Positions 24,810 through 37,930 are shown, counted from the stretch's first letter. The stretch is 64,000 bases of DNA from Tilletiaria anomala UBC 951 (GCF_000711695.1 NW_013547016.1:1-64000), one strand, 5' to 3'. A program made the numbers and translations. Notes: generated from the letters alone by a model not told the origin.

Positions 24810-26644
24810 TCACAAGCGAGACGTAGCCCGCACCGCGTCGCTTGCGTCTACTTCGGCGCCTTTTTGGTCCGGCGCGGCAACGGCCAGGCCCTGGTCCACA
24901 AGCTCCTTGCGCTGCTCGGAGCGGGCGTAGATGGCATACTGATGTATGTGGGTACCGTCGGGGGTGATGCCGAGCTTCCGCACGACAAGCCATGCTGGAA
25001 CTGTTTCAAGCGAGAGCGAGACGGTTTCTGAGAACAGAACTCTGAAGGAAACAACTGGAACTTGACGACTCACTGATCGCAATCACCCAGAGGCCCATGT
25101 TGATGCCTGCAACAGCGTCGAGTCGCAGTGAAGTCGAGTTGATGCCGTACGATACGGCCTGGCCCGCAGACTCTACGCCACGGATAATGGCAGTGAGTCG
25201 GATGATGTCCTCCGGGTCATCCGAGCATCCACTGACGATGAAGTATGCCAGCTCGTAGCAGGTGTTGAATCCGATCTGAAGCATGAGGTAGACGCCGAAT
25301 CCACGTCCCCAGTCGCTGCTGCTGTCTGACCAGTCAAAAGTCGGCTTTTCGGGGCGATTGTGGAAGTTGTTCATGACAACAATTGCGTAAATCCAATACG
25401 CGCCTTGCAGGCCGTACACAAGCATGTAAGCGATTTTGGCGCGTTGGTTGATGGTCAACCGCCGGAAGTCGAGAAATGCACCCAGCAGGCAGTTGGCGAT
25501 GATCGCCAATATGGCAGCAAGGAAAGAGCCGAGAGCGCGCGATCGGACGGAAAAGTAGGTCGCGTTGAATGTCCCAGTCACAGCTTCGCTGAATGTGCCG
25601 GACCAGATGAGTGGTAGTAGCAGCAGAATCTTAGGTCGGAACAGGCACTTGACGAGCTCAGTAATCTGCGAGGTGGGTGAGCCTGTGACCCTAAAGAGTG
25701 AGGGGAGAACAGCGCATTCAAAGTAAAGCAAGTCAGCATTGGATCACGAGACCAAGCAAAGATGATAGTCCATCAACGCACTCGAGAAAGACGGGCGAAC
25801 CATCGGTGCGCTGAACCTTGTGCGGCGGGCTGAGAAGCAGTGCGGCAAATGGTGCCAGGGCTTGGAGAATGACAAAGACAAGGTACGTCTGAACGCTGAC
25901 ACTGCCAGCATTGGCATTGTTCGCATTTAAACCGAGGTTGATTGCGCCCTGCCCATTGTGGTGAGATGCCAACGTTAGTCGAGAGCGAGAGCGTCTCATT
26001 AGGTATGGAAGGGACACACTCACCCCTAGAACCTGTCCGAGCACCCGATACGCCAGCCAATAGCTGAGGTAGCGTCCCTGGTTCTTCCTCTCCGGGTACG
26101 CAAGGATAACCGCGCCCTCTGTGCTCCAAAACACGCCGGCGCTGATTCCGCAGCATGCAGCTCCAAAAACAATGAGCCACGTTACTTTGTACGCGCTATT
26201 AAGGTAGAGACCTGCTGCGTAGACAGAGTAGCCTGCGCCGCCAAATGCTAACGCATAGCGTATGCCGATCAGTCGCACGAGTGCTGGCTGAAGAAGGCAA
26301 GTGACAACCATGAGACAGAAAGTCAATGAGTTCGCTGCATTGACGAGCGATGTGCTCTGGCTACCTCCCGCGCCTGGCAATGTGCACGTTGATAATCAGT
26401 CTTTGTTTCTCTTGCTGTGGGCTCAGGGCTTACGCGGCTTGGACGTACCTAGCAAAGACAGCCCGCCCCATAATCCAGGGGCCAGAAAGCTGCAGATTCC
26501 CAGCACGGTCGCTTGAAAGAAGGTCGAGCGATAAAAAACAGGCTTCTTTGGTGACAAGCTGCCAGATGGCGCGCTTGAGACGGCATCCTTTGTATGCTCA
26601 TCCTGCCTGTGCGAGGTGGAGCTTGAAGCATAATTGTCCGTCAT
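24810..26644 (-). CDS. UNC-93-like (DUF895) MFS transporter
   Basis: FYRSTFFQATVLGICSFLAPGLWG, GAGG, CGISAGVFWSTEGAVILAYPE, KVQRTDGS, YFSVRSRALGS and RGVESAGQAVSYG; many TM helices; about four introns. Confidence 0.9.
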
Positions 26645-28854
26645 TTCCCGGAAAATGCAGGCTGGTGACCTCGTTGTGAAGGCGAAATAGATGAGTCGCC
26701 GACTGCCAGTGATGGAAGGGGAACACTAAGGGGTCGATGTACCACTCTCGCACAGGGTCACTCCTTTTAAACTTTCCGGTCAGATAAAAGGAGATGCGAA
26801 GTTCGAGTCGTGTCGTGTCGATTCTAAGATAAAGACTTCACGAGAGAAGTGAATGCGCAATCAAATAAATCAGCGTGAGAATTCGACGGTATGAGCCACC
26901 GAGGCAAACTCGGCAGTCGGGATGATGGTTCCAACAGCCGAGCAGTTGGACGAGTGTCGCAGTACTTCCCGTATATGTACACCAGAATTACTACTCACCG
27001 GGTGCAGTTCGTCTTTAAAGGTACCTCTTCCCGAGCAGTCAATAGATGGACTGGTGGTGTGTAGGGGTCAAGCTCTCCAGGAGTAGAAGTGACCTTATAC
27101 CATACGACAGTTTGCCCCTTGAAGCCAGACGAGCCCAACCCTCCAAGCGCTGCCGCCAGGCGCCAAAGCAACGGCAGACGGCGCAACTACACGAGGCCTG
27201 CGCGCTAGTATATTTCGGAAGGGTTGTTCTAGCGACTCTTATCATAGGACTTGTGAATTTGTGATGCCAGTCGAGGCGCGGACTGAGGTGGACCGTGGGC
27301 GGGGCACCAGGTGGATGACAACATGGCGTGCTAGGGGCGGGTGACGTGCGCGCATACGCCATCTCTCTTGCGTGATCAGCGAAGTAGAACACGCCCCGAA
27401 TCTCCAGATGCTTTTATTGCGCCCCGGCTGACGCTAAATCTACATATAGATGCGAGAGTCTTGCACGCGAGAGCGCATGTGCATTTCTATACGACGATAG
27501 TGCCGTCAGCACTTATATGACCTCGCTGCTCTGCTTGCGCTGGGTCATATACGTGACAGCTTACTGCATGACACTCGCCTGTGTGGTTCTCCTAGTTTGT
27601 TAAGCAAACTCTCGCGTCGCGAAGGCTTGCTTCCTGAGACGGGCTTGCATGGCACGCATCTTAAGATATCTCAGCATCTGACAAGACCCAAGATGAAGGC
27701 GCTTTGAGCAGTTGCGGCTTCGCTGGCAATTGCAAAGGGTTCACACAAGTTACTCCGTCCTGCATGGTTAAAGAGGAATACAGTTGTTCGATACATGCGA
27801 GTCCTTTGGCACACACTTGACACCATCCCATCAAGCCAGCGAGTCATTCGTGGTGAAGGGTGACTAGGCAGGGGAGACATGGGAGACATCCACATTTTGG
27901 CAGGTTACATTCAATTGATAAGGTCCAAAGAAATTTCATGTGCGGTAACCATGATCTGATTCTGAAAGTTGCCTCTACGTGATGCTCTTGCTCCCCTGCA
28001 GGAGCAAACGTCAAATCCGTCAATGTGGCTATGGCATACATCAACCAAATGGTCCGTATTTTGATGATAAAGTCTCCTTCCTGTCAAGGCGGTTGCTCCA
28101 AGTGAGGTCAACAGGTGGCACTAAATCATTCCCAGCCACGCTAATCTGCCTTGTAAACCTACTTGGAGACTTCACTTGAATAATTTTTGGTGGCAATTCC
28201 ATATCCTGGTCTCATTGCCATGCCTGAGGGTATTCCCTGCGCCAGTCTTCAAACGAGGCAATACCTAGGGAGATCCATGCCCACCGAAATTCCCACGGCG
28301 AAGCAATCCCAACTGGGCTAGGCGACCCCGTCGGTCCGGTACGTTCAGGTGGGCATAGTTGCATTGTAAGGAAAGGATGCAGCGAAGGTAAGCCCAGAGC
28401 ACTGGGTGCTCACGTAGCACATCGGCCCCTGACAAAACAACCGATTCCATCACGCGAGGGTGCGTGCAAAGCTTTTCACTTCAGGTCCAGGATTTCCAGA
28501 CTTGTTGTGTCACCCAAAGCCGGAAAGTCGGTATATAGCCAATGTCACTTTTTACGCTAGCACACCCCCCAATGATCGTCGCCGCTGCCTCTGGCTTAGC
28601 TTGTATGTACATACGAGTCACAGTTGCAGGCGAAGCTTGGAGAATCAATAGAACTCTCGGCATGCGGGGGCCAGATTGCATTCAAAACCCACTCTGAACG
28701 CGCTAGGGCATTATTTGCTAATTTTGCAGGGTTTGGACTCGCCCCTCCCCCACCCCCAACTCTCAGATTGTCATTTATTGGCAAGCCGGGCGTGTCCAAT
28801 CGGTAATATTCGGTGTTGTACATGAAAAGTCGCCGGCAAACGTGTGTGGAACAT

Positions 28855-30141
28855 CTACCGTCGTCGTCGTGAACCGCCTTTGGCAAGCTTCTTGAGGCCG
28901 TGCTCAAACTTCCTCCCACCCAAGTCGCGGGCGCCAGCTGCACTGGAGCTCCGACCTGTCCGGGGGGCTTTTGCGCGCCGGAGGACATCGTAGCTATCGG
29001 TACCAGCTCCAGCTGAGGCCTTGCGCTTGCCGCTTTTGCCTCCGCTCCCATTCCCACCAGCAGAGCCCAACAGCCCGCCGAGCTCGGCTTCAAACCCGGC
29101 ACTCTGGCCACTGCGGCCCCTTCGTCCGCGTGCACCGCCCAATGCGAGGTCCTCCTCGTCGCGCCGCCGTCGGCGCTCCTCCTTCTTGTTGAGGATGAGC
29201 CTCGTGAAGTTTGCCTCTTCGTATGCTTCCATGCGCGCAAGCTCTGCAGCGCGTTTCGAGGAGCCACCCGCGTGCGAAGAGGCCGCTGCTGTAGATGCGT
29301 TTGGGCGGTTGATGCCTGTTCCTGTAGAGGACTGCTCGTACGGGTTCGCGGAGAGAGATGTGGTGAATTCGGACAACAGTGCACGATTGCGCCGCGAGGA
29401 CGAGGAGTACGCGTCGCCATCTCCATCCAAGTCATCTTCGCCTCCAAGAGCCAGACGTCGTCTGTGCTCTTTCGATTTGCGCTTTGACAATGCATCTGGA
29501 TCGTAAGCAACTGGCGCAATCTTCGGCGGTCGGTACACCCCGCCACGGCCCTGGCCATCGTCTTCTTCGTCCGATTCAGGCTCAGCTTGTGGCGCTTTGC
29601 CTTTAGATGCAAAGCTTCGTCGCTCTCTCGATTCAGACTTGTTCTTGCTTCTGGAAATAACAGCGGAGGGGTTGGGACCGTAGGCCAGCAAGTCCTCCTC
29701 TGCCTCCTCCCCATCCGCCGGTTGGTGTGCCTTCCTGCCAAGCCGAACGTCCTCATCATGTTGCACAGCGGCACTAAGCAAGCGGCCAATGTGATGCCTG
29801 AGCTTATTTTCTAGCGGCTTGCTCTTCTCTAGAATGAGGCGCGAGCGTATCAGGTGCTCCACCAGCAGGTTCGTCGTGTTAACACCTACTACACCTCGAT
29901 CTCCTCCCTCGGCGGGTAAGATCCGCTGCAGCGTCCGGAGAAGTAGTGCATGTGTGTATGAGAGGATTGTATCCACTTTGAGAGTCAGGAGTGATGGTCC
30001 ATCAGCGCAGCTCCCTGATGTACCCTCTGTACCACTCCCTAGCAGCTGTTGGAGCTTAGTGAGCGAGGTGAAGAGCGCTGCGGTGTCGGTCCGCGCAAGG
30101 GCGAGAGTCTGTGCGACCTGTGCCACTGCTTCGGCGTCCAT
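28855..30141 (-). CDS. LCP5: SSU processome component Lcp5/neuroguidin (Sas10/Utp3/C1D domain)
   Basis: Intronless. GPSLLTLKVDTILSY, RLILEKSKPLENKLRHHIGRLL, YGPNP, GVYRPPKIAPV and MEAYEEANFTRL. Start taken at MDAEAVAQ (30141). Confidence 0.9.
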   Translation of the reverse strand: MDAEAVAQVAQTLALARTDTAALFTSLTKLQQLLGSGTEGTSGSCADGPSLLTLKVDTILSYTHALLLRTLQRILPAEGGDRGVVGVNTTNLLVEHLIRSRLILEKSKPLENKLRHHIGRLLSAAVQHDEDVRLGRKAHQPADGEEAEEDLLAYGPNPSAVISRSKNKSESRERRSFASKGKAPQAEPESDEEDDGQGRGGVYRPPKIAPVAYDPDALSKRKSKEHRRRLALGGEDDLDGDGDAYSSSSRRNRALLSEFTTSLSANPYEQSSTGTGINRPNASTAAASSHAGGSSKRAAELARMEAYEEANFTRLILNKKEERRRRRDEEDLALGGARGRRGRSGQSAGFEAELGGLLGSAGGNGSGGKSGKRKASAGAGTDSYDVLRRAKAPRTGRSSSAAGARDLGGRKFEHGLKKLAKGGSRRRR

Positions 30142-30469
30142 ATTTCTTAGAGTTTCCTCGTTCCTTTTGCTTTGCTGGTGTCTCCGCTGCGGTTGCCTCG
30201 CATTCGGCGCTGGCAAAGATGATCCTACCATCAAGAAGTGCACTAACTTTTGTCGACCTCGTCGTGGTCACCATTCATAGAAAGGGCGGAACGCAGAAAC
30301 AAAAAAGTCCTTCCCTATAGAAAATTTGATCGGCGAGCCCACATGACCATTCCGCCGTTAGTACTCACTCATTTACAAGCACATACATGTATTCAAACTG
30401 ACCCTTCCCCACTTTGTAGCTGAATTGGCAGTCAGCTTTTCAACGGAACACCTTGGAAAGCAGGCAAGC

Positions 30470-33428
30470 ATGGCCGCCAGACAGACGAAGAAGGGCGGCG
30501 GTAGTGGCGACGGTGGCGGTCGCAGGCACGCTGCACCCGTCTCGGATCCGCGGTTTGCACGAGTACAGACAGACCCTCGCTTCTTGCAGCCCAAACGGCA
30601 GGACTTGAAAGTATCCCTCGACGAGCGCTTCAGCCATTTACTCTCCAAGAATGGCAAGCAGCAGGATGGAAAAACTGGTGAAAAAGCCAAGGGCAAGGCA
30701 AGGCCAAAGGTTGACAGGTTCGGAAGACCGCTCAAAGGACCCGGACAAAAGGAAGATGCAGACGCTGAGCTCAGACGGATTTACAAGGTTGAAGGCGAGG
30801 AAGAAAGCAATGCTGATTCCGATGTGGGTCACTCCAATCATGAAGAAGGTTCTGATGAGAGTGGAGCGTCAGACGGCAGAGTTCTCGACTATGCACGTGG
30901 TGAGGGACTGCTCGAATCGTCAAGCGACGAAGAGTCCGACAGCGAAGACGAGGACGATGATTCCATTACGGATGACTCTGAAGCGGAAGACGACGGAGAA
31001 GTCATCATTGGCACCAAAAATGCTATCCGAAAGGCGCAAAAAGCCGCTGCGTCTGCTCCCTCTTTCGATGAAGAAGAGGACGGAGATGAAGCCGATAGCG
31101 ACGACGAGGCGGCAATCAGTAGCGGCGCAGAAGAGCTGTTGGCCGGTGCTGAGGATGAATTGGATCCTTCAGCGATAGCATTGCTCGATGCAGAGGCGGA
31201 GAGAGTCACGAGCGGTTTTGCCGGATCCAGCAAGGCAGACGGAAAGAAGAGCAAGTGCGGCACCAAGGCTGACGGTAAAAGCAAAGCTGGCGAAGACGTG
31301 GACGAAGAAGCTGAAGACGGCATTCCGCGAGGAGGCGACACATCACGCCTGGCGGTGGTTAATCTCGACTGGGACCACATTCGCGCGCGGGATCTCTTCA
31401 AAGTCTTCTCCTCCGTTGTCAACCCTCTCGCAACTGCAGCTGCGCGCACGGGAAATAGCGCCAGAGGACAAGGGAATACTCGCAAGGGCGAAGCGATTCA
31501 CATGGCGCGTGGCAAGTGCCTGCGCGTTCGTGTTTATCCGAGTGACTTCGGACGCGAGCGCATGCGCAAAGAAGATCGAGAGGGGCCGCCACGTGATATC
31601 TTCTCCAGTGCGTCTGGAGAGGGTAGCTCCAAAAAGAAAAGTGACAAGCGAAAGGGCAGGAAAGGGAAAGGAAAGGGCAAGGCGGGTGAGAGTGAAGACG
31701 ATGACGACGAACTCTTTCAAGTAGACGAGGGTGGCGAGTTTGACGAGGAGCAATTGAGAAAGTATCAGCTCGAGCGCCTAAGGTTCGTCGTCACTTCCTT
31801 GCTACCCCCTGCTTCATATAAAGAAGCTAACGAGCCTTAACTACCACAGGTACTACTACGCGATAGCTGACTTTGACTCGCCTGCCTCGGCACGACACGT
31901 TTACAACGAGATTGACGGTACGGAGATGGAAGCATCTGCTAATATTTTCGACCTGCGTTTTGTGCCGGGCGACATGAGTTTCCCTGAGTATGAGCTCGAC
32001 GACCCGCGCCACCCGGACCCCGAGACGCGCGATGCCGGCTGGCGCGACGAGGCCACTGCCTCAGCGGAGGGGATAGACAGCGCTGCAGCTGCTGCGTACA
32101 AAGGCGTCGACTTCAAGACGGATGCGCTGCGGCACTCGAAGGTTAAGCTTACATGGGACGCAGATGACCCAGAACGGGCAAAGATGACGCGCAAGAGTCG
32201 CAATGCGCTGCTTGCTGGTGGAAGCGACATCAGGGACGAGGATTTCAAGGCTTACCTTGCTTCTGATCATTCCGACGTCGACGAGGATGATCAGGACGAT
32301 GGGGAGCACGATGAGCAAGAGCTTGGAGCAGAGGCGAAGAGCGGTCGTGATAGGTTGCGTGCTCTGCTCAATCTCGATGGCAGCGGCGAAGGCAGCGGCT
32401 TCGATAGCAAGCAAGGCCGCGGCAAAGCGCGCAGCAGTGCTTTCGACGACCCTCGCCGATTACGTAATTGCACGGGGGGTGCTGAGGAGGAAGGTGACAT
32501 GGAAATCACATTCACACCTGGGCTCTCGGAGGCTGCAGCGCGCAAAGCGCAGAAGAAGAGCAAGGGCACATGCGCAGAAGAGGACGAAGAGACCACCTTG
32601 GAGAAATACCTTCGCAAGCAGAAGGAGAAGCGCCAGGCAAAGAAGGAGGCGCGTCTGGCGAAGCAAAGTGCAGACCCCACGGTGGACGACGAGGGCAGTG
32701 CAAAGATACAGGAGACTGGTGCAGATTCGCTTGGCTTTGACGACCCTTTCTTCGCTAGCGACAACGATGTGGACTTCGACGAGGCGTTGGCTGCCGAGCA
32801 GAAGGGCAAGAAAATGCCACAACTTATGAAAAATGGCAAGGCTTACAAAAAGGATTCGTCTAAGGTTGCCAGCGTAGACGGCGTGCACGGTGGTGCATCC
32901 TCACCTGCCGATCTCGGAGCGCTTCTGGACACTGAAGCTGCCCCCGAGTCAGGCGTCGGGCACTTTGATATGAAGGACATCCTGCGCGCCGAAAAAGAGA
33001 ACTCAAGGGGGAAAAAGAAGCAGAACCGCTTCGAGAAGCGACGGGCGAAGAAAGATGTGGCGAATGCGGACAAGGATGTGCGTGAGGTGGCGCTGCAGGA
33101 GGACTTCAAACTTGACGCACACGACGATCGCTTCAAGGCCATTTTCGAGGATCATCGGTTCGCACTCGATCCGAGTCACAAGAGCTTCCTCAAGACCAAG
33201 GGCATGGACGAGATTCTTCGAGCCAAGAGAGAAGCTGGGAAGCGCAAGGTTGGCAGCGTTAGTGATGCGCCAGCAGAAAGGGGACAAACTGCTTCGTCAG
33301 CGCCGAGTGCGCAAGGAGGTGCCGGCTCTGATGACTTGCTGTATCTCGCGCGCAAGCTCAAAAAGCGCAGCGGTGAACAGAATCAGGGCAAGGATGGTGC
33401 AAGCCAGAAGAAGCAGCGCAGAGGGTGA
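30470..33428 (+). CDS. ESF1: Pre-rRNA processing protein Esf1
   Basis: SDPRFARVQTDPRF, TSRLAVVNLDWDHIRARDL, VYPSDFGRERM, LRKYQLERLR|YYYA (intron 31783-31849), HSKVKLTWD, GDMEITFTPGLS, ETTLEKY and NUC153-like DDRFKAIFEDHRFALDPS. Confidence 0.96.
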
Positions 33429-33481
33429 TGCAGGATCCACATCATACTGTTTTATAGAATTGAGCGTCAAAGCAATACAGG

Positions 33482-35663
33482 CTACTTTCGCGAGTCGCGA
33501 AAGATGTCCACCTTACTTCGCCGATATTCTCTCCGTTGCTGCGTTGCATCCTCTCCTTTGACTTTACCCCACCCACGGAGTGGCACGCAAACCACGGTGC
33601 AGTTGTCCTCACTGAAGAATAATTGCAATTTAGTCTTTGCATCACGGTTTGCGTCTGGTGTAGTTCTGTGACTCACGTTCCTAACTCCTCTGCAAAGCTC
33701 AGCACTGCCTTTGCCGCGTCGCTCGGATGGTCTGCACCTCGGCAGAGATCGACGATTTCCTGGTCGCTCATCACGCCCCCTACGCCATCGCTGAAAGCAA
33801 TGAGGAAAGCGTACTCGTCTCCCTTGATGATCTGGCTGATCACCTCTGGCTCAACAGTGACGCCCACTTTCTTGTAACGCGAGTCGCCGAACGCACGCGT
33901 GTTCGCCAATGCACCCATCCAGCGCAATTCACCAAACGAATCTGTGATCATGCCTGCTCCCAGCTTGCGCAGACGCACGGCTTCGGCTCGGTCGTCTGGG
34001 TGGTGGTAGTTCGTCAGCGGAATCGCGCGCCCGTCCTCTGTGGCGCAGAGCAGCATGCGCGTGTCGCTGGAGAGCAGTGAGTAAAGGGGCATCAGCGCTG
34101 TCGAGGTTCTAGACTCAACTGTGAAGCCGCTCTGGGCGGTAACTCACCCGACATGCGCGGTCGTGATCGAAACTAGCTTGCTACTGTACCACGGCACAGC
34201 CGGTGTGTCGAGACTGTATATGAGAGCAACGCTTGCCGTTGAGCCACCGATGTCGAGTCGGCCCTTGTCTGCTTGAATCATGCGGTCAGCGACGAGCCAA
34301 GCAAGCGTAGCGCGTTCCGCAAGCGTCAGATGTTGCCCTTCCAGCTCCTCGGGCGGCTCGATGGGCTTGGCAAGAAGATCAGGCATCTGACCATCTGCTA
34401 GAGGCTTGTCCAGCCCTTTCGTTACGTCCGATTGTGAAGCGGACGGTGGTGTTTCGACACTGAAGGGAGACAATGGGCTACTGCCAGATTGCGTGTCGAC
34501 GCCGCACACTGCATCACCCTTATTCCGTATCTGCTTCGCATCAGACTCCGGAGGTTGCCTCTCGGTCTCTCCTGTCTTCGAAAAGGAGTCCGAAGGAGAA
34601 GACACGGTCTGCATATGAGGGCTCTCGATCGGCCTGTCATTATTCGTCTCCCCTACATCATCACCAGAATGCACAACATTGGGCTGCTTGTATCTAGCAC
34701 CAGGTGAAAGGGTGGCTGCAAGATCTGAAAGCGTCCGCGGACCAGGAGGATCCACTTCTTTTCTGGCCATTGCATCATTACTCATAGATGCTGTGGGTCG
34801 AGTACCAGCGCCTTTCGCTCGGGAGGTCGCGGCGGCGCCCCCAGGTCCGCCGGAGCGCACGGAGCGTAATTGATCTTGCCGGACCCAGCGCTCTAGAAGG
34901 CCCCCGGTGAAGCGACGAAAATAGCCTCCATGAGATCGTGTGTATTGCACTGCAAGAGGAGCGCAGTTTCAATCAGCTTCCTAGCCACAAGGACGGCACG
35001 ACTACTTGAGTTGTACGCACCGGTGTCAGTCACCATATCAGGCTGTACGCGTTCAAAAATGTCGTGCAGGAATGATCGCAGAAATCCGGAAATGGCCTGA
35101 CCTCCATGTCTAGATCAAATGCGAGCGCGACTGTGAGCTTTGACTGTGACCGCTGTCGTACCAGACAGTCATGCTCACCCGTCAAAACAACCGATCCAAA
35201 GCACTTGTCCAGCAAGATCCTCGCCGCCAGCCTTTTCAGCGTCCCACCTGACGGCAGCTTGTTGTGCCACTCTGCTACGGCTTTGTGCTAAGCTTTCTTT
35301 GAGATCTCCACTCGGTAGTTGAACGCACAAGACACTTGAAGCATCCTCTTGGTAGACTCGCGTGCCTCGCGTCGCCGAGAGGCCAAAGACCGAGCCGTTT
35401 TTGAGCGGGATGCGTGCTGTACGTGACTTGCCCGTGGTATTGTCCAGTGTCTGCGAGCGAATGTAGTCTCTGTATCCTCTAGCTTGCAGCAATCTATACG
35501 AGCATGAGGGTCCTTTATCATAGAAGTGGTTTCTTGCAGGATTTGATGCCGCTGAAGAGCGACAAGTATCGCATCTCGCGGGGGAGGACAATTGGGTCCA
35601 GCGCGGCTGTGTCCTCGGGGGCATCCAGAGAGGCCGGCCGGCAGTTGCGGCACCGACATTCAT
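33482..35663 (-). CDS. Mitochondrial PP2C-family phosphatase (Ptc6-like)
   Basis: RGTRVYQED, IGCFDG-H, GSTASVAL, AHVG|DTRMLLC, ANTRAFGDS, AFSDGV and EDNCTVVCVPL. Arg/Ser-rich N-terminus. Start at 35663 (the ORF track's 35693 start is a GTG). Confidence 0.88.
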
Positions 35664-35971
35664 ATTGGTACTGTGAAGATAGGCCTGAGGCACTTAATCC
35701 CCTTTAGTGGTACCATCCGTCCGAGGCGCATCGGCCCTTCGGTAGAGGTATTCCATCAATCAGAACTGAACGGCTGACAGGGGATCGCGTAGTCAGTCTT
35801 CAAGATGATAAGGCGGAACGGTTGCCAGGACACACGCCATAGCTGCTAAGCCTCTTTCTATTGAATGCGTACTTTCTCCATCCTGACTCCATGATCAACC
35901 ATTGCCCCGCACGCACGTCGGGTACACTTATCCGGATCGGAAGCAGCCCGTGCAGCCATACTTCGCCCCAG

Positions 35972-37466
35972 ATGCTCGCCCGCTCATCCCTCCTCCAGCG
36001 AATCGGCCACGTCGCCCGGTCGCAGCCGGCGATCGCGTCAGCGCTGCGTAGCACTTCGGCGCTGCCCCACCGTTCGGGCACCTCGCAGTACAATACCAGG
36101 AGCAAGTTGCCATCTCCCCCGCCTTCCGCGCCGGCTGCGGCCAAGCTCTCCAGCTTATCTCTTTCACCTGGGGAAGCCGAGAAACTTGCGTCGACCACGA
36201 CTGCTGCGGACCTGCACACGCTGCCCGAGAGCGGCGCGACAGCTGCCGAATCGAGCCCGACAGATTACAACTGGTCCGCAGACGGCAAGCTCGCTCTCCC
36301 CAACTTCGCAGCAAAGAATGCTTCTGTTAACGAGAGCAGACCTGCTGCACTTGGTTCTGATGATCCAGATATGAACCCGCGCGTCGCCACGCCGAGCATG
36401 TTCGAAAGACACAAAGTGAAGGAGAAGAGCTCAAGCGGCCCGCGAGGGTATCATTCCAGCTCGGGTTTGAATGCCGTGGCGGATGCCATCTCTTCTCAAG
36501 AGCGGCACCATCTGCCTCGGTCCTATTCAAAAGCGTCAACAGGTTCTTCAGCAGCACGGAGAACAACAACATCAGCCAAGTCACCGGCATCATTGCGCGC
36601 AAGCGGCAGCGCCAACTCTGCGGCTGCCTCGGCTCACTTTACTCGCCCCCCTGCGCCAGGCGCCCACAATCCATCCATTGGCTCATCTGTTGCGGCACCA
36701 AGCCTCGAAAACGCAGGATCAACACAGCAGGCCATCAAATCATCTTTACCCTCACCTTTGGACACGGCTGACGCATCAACTCCTCCTGAATTGTCTGCCC
36801 CATCACAACAGCAAACCTCATTTGATCATCTAGCACAAAATTACGCAGGCATGGGCTCACATCCCTTCGACTCTCGCATCGCCAACATCCTCAGTGCCCC
36901 ATTAAACGATCTTGACATAGAGATCAAGCCTGGTAAGCAATAGAAATGCCGCCTCGAGGGCGATAACCCGCAAGTGGCGAGGCAAGCTAGCTTACGCAAC
37001 ACACACACACACACATACACACGTTCGCATACTCTGATTTTATTTAGACGGCATCATTTACCTACCCGAAATCAAGTATCGTCGCATTCTCAACAAAGCC
37101 TTCGGACCAGGTGGCTGGGGTCTAGCCCCTCGTGGCGAGACGAACGTCGGCCCTCGGATCGTCAGTCGGGAATGGATGCTCATCTGTCTCGGGCGCTTCG
37201 TCTCGACTGCGCGAGGCGAGCAAGAGTACTTTGACCCTTCCGGGATCGCCACCGCTTCCGAAGGAGCCAAGAGCAATGCACTCATGCGCTGCTGCAAGGA
37301 CTTGGGGATTGCCAGCGAGCTGTGGGATCCCAGGTTCGTCAGGGAGTTCAAATCCAAGCACACAGTGGAAGTCTGGGCCGAGGGAGTAGGTGGAAAGAAG
37401 AGGAGGCTGTGGAGGAGAAAGGATCAGCCGCCATTCGAGTATCCTTGGAAGGAAAAGCAGGTGTAG
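35972..37466 (+). CDS. MGM101: Mitochondrial genome maintenance protein Mgm101 (Rad52-related)
   Basis: [37 protein letters not shown]...ARGEQEYF...[26 protein letters not shown]; intron 36932-37047; presequence [10 protein letters not shown]. Confidence 0.95.
36999..37023. repeat. (AC)n microsatellite in the MGM101 intron
   Basis: acacacacacacacacatacacacg. Confidence 0.85.
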
Positions 37467-37930
37467 GCGGCTTCAAACTGTAATCCATCGCAAGTCAACG
37501 GTCACTTCATCTGTGTCTTGGTGGTGATGGTTTGAAGCAGGTGTACGGGCTCTGTAACAAGGCTTAATTCTTCCAGCTGCGCTTGGCTACAGCAGACGAC
37601 AGATGGAACCCTGCGTGTGCATGTGCGGCACACTACAAGCGATGATCGTAACCGCGACGACGGACTTGAGCCATTGCTCGGCTTCGAACTCCCTCAGCTC
37701 GTTTGCTTCCAGCATGAGACCGTCAGAGCGGTGCCCGCGCGAACTCACGGCTCTGGCTTGCACCCCCTGTACCGAATGGCTTTAGTTGCTGGTCTAAGCT
37801 AATCCTCTTGTCTTGGTGATTGACCCGATCATTTCATTCTAGATGTATGCACCATATTACAACCCCATGAACTACTGGCCGCTCCCTCTTGATACGCTTA
37901 CCATTGAGCTAGAGTAAGCGTCCTTCTGCA

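Noticed and set aside
24810..24825. Transporter C-terminus -SRL looks like a PTS1
   Set aside because: This is a polytopic membrane protein and PTS1 import applies to matrix proteins, so it is probably coincidental.
27600..28500. Short ORFs between the transporter and LCP5
   Set aside because: Could not be assembled into a gene or assigned to a family.
28596..29789. 397-aa alternative-frame ORF over LCP5 (and similar long shadow ORFs over FOX2, XRN2 and the kelch gene)
   Set aside because: Expected from GC-rich codon usage; the translations are Arg/Ser-rich with no motifs.
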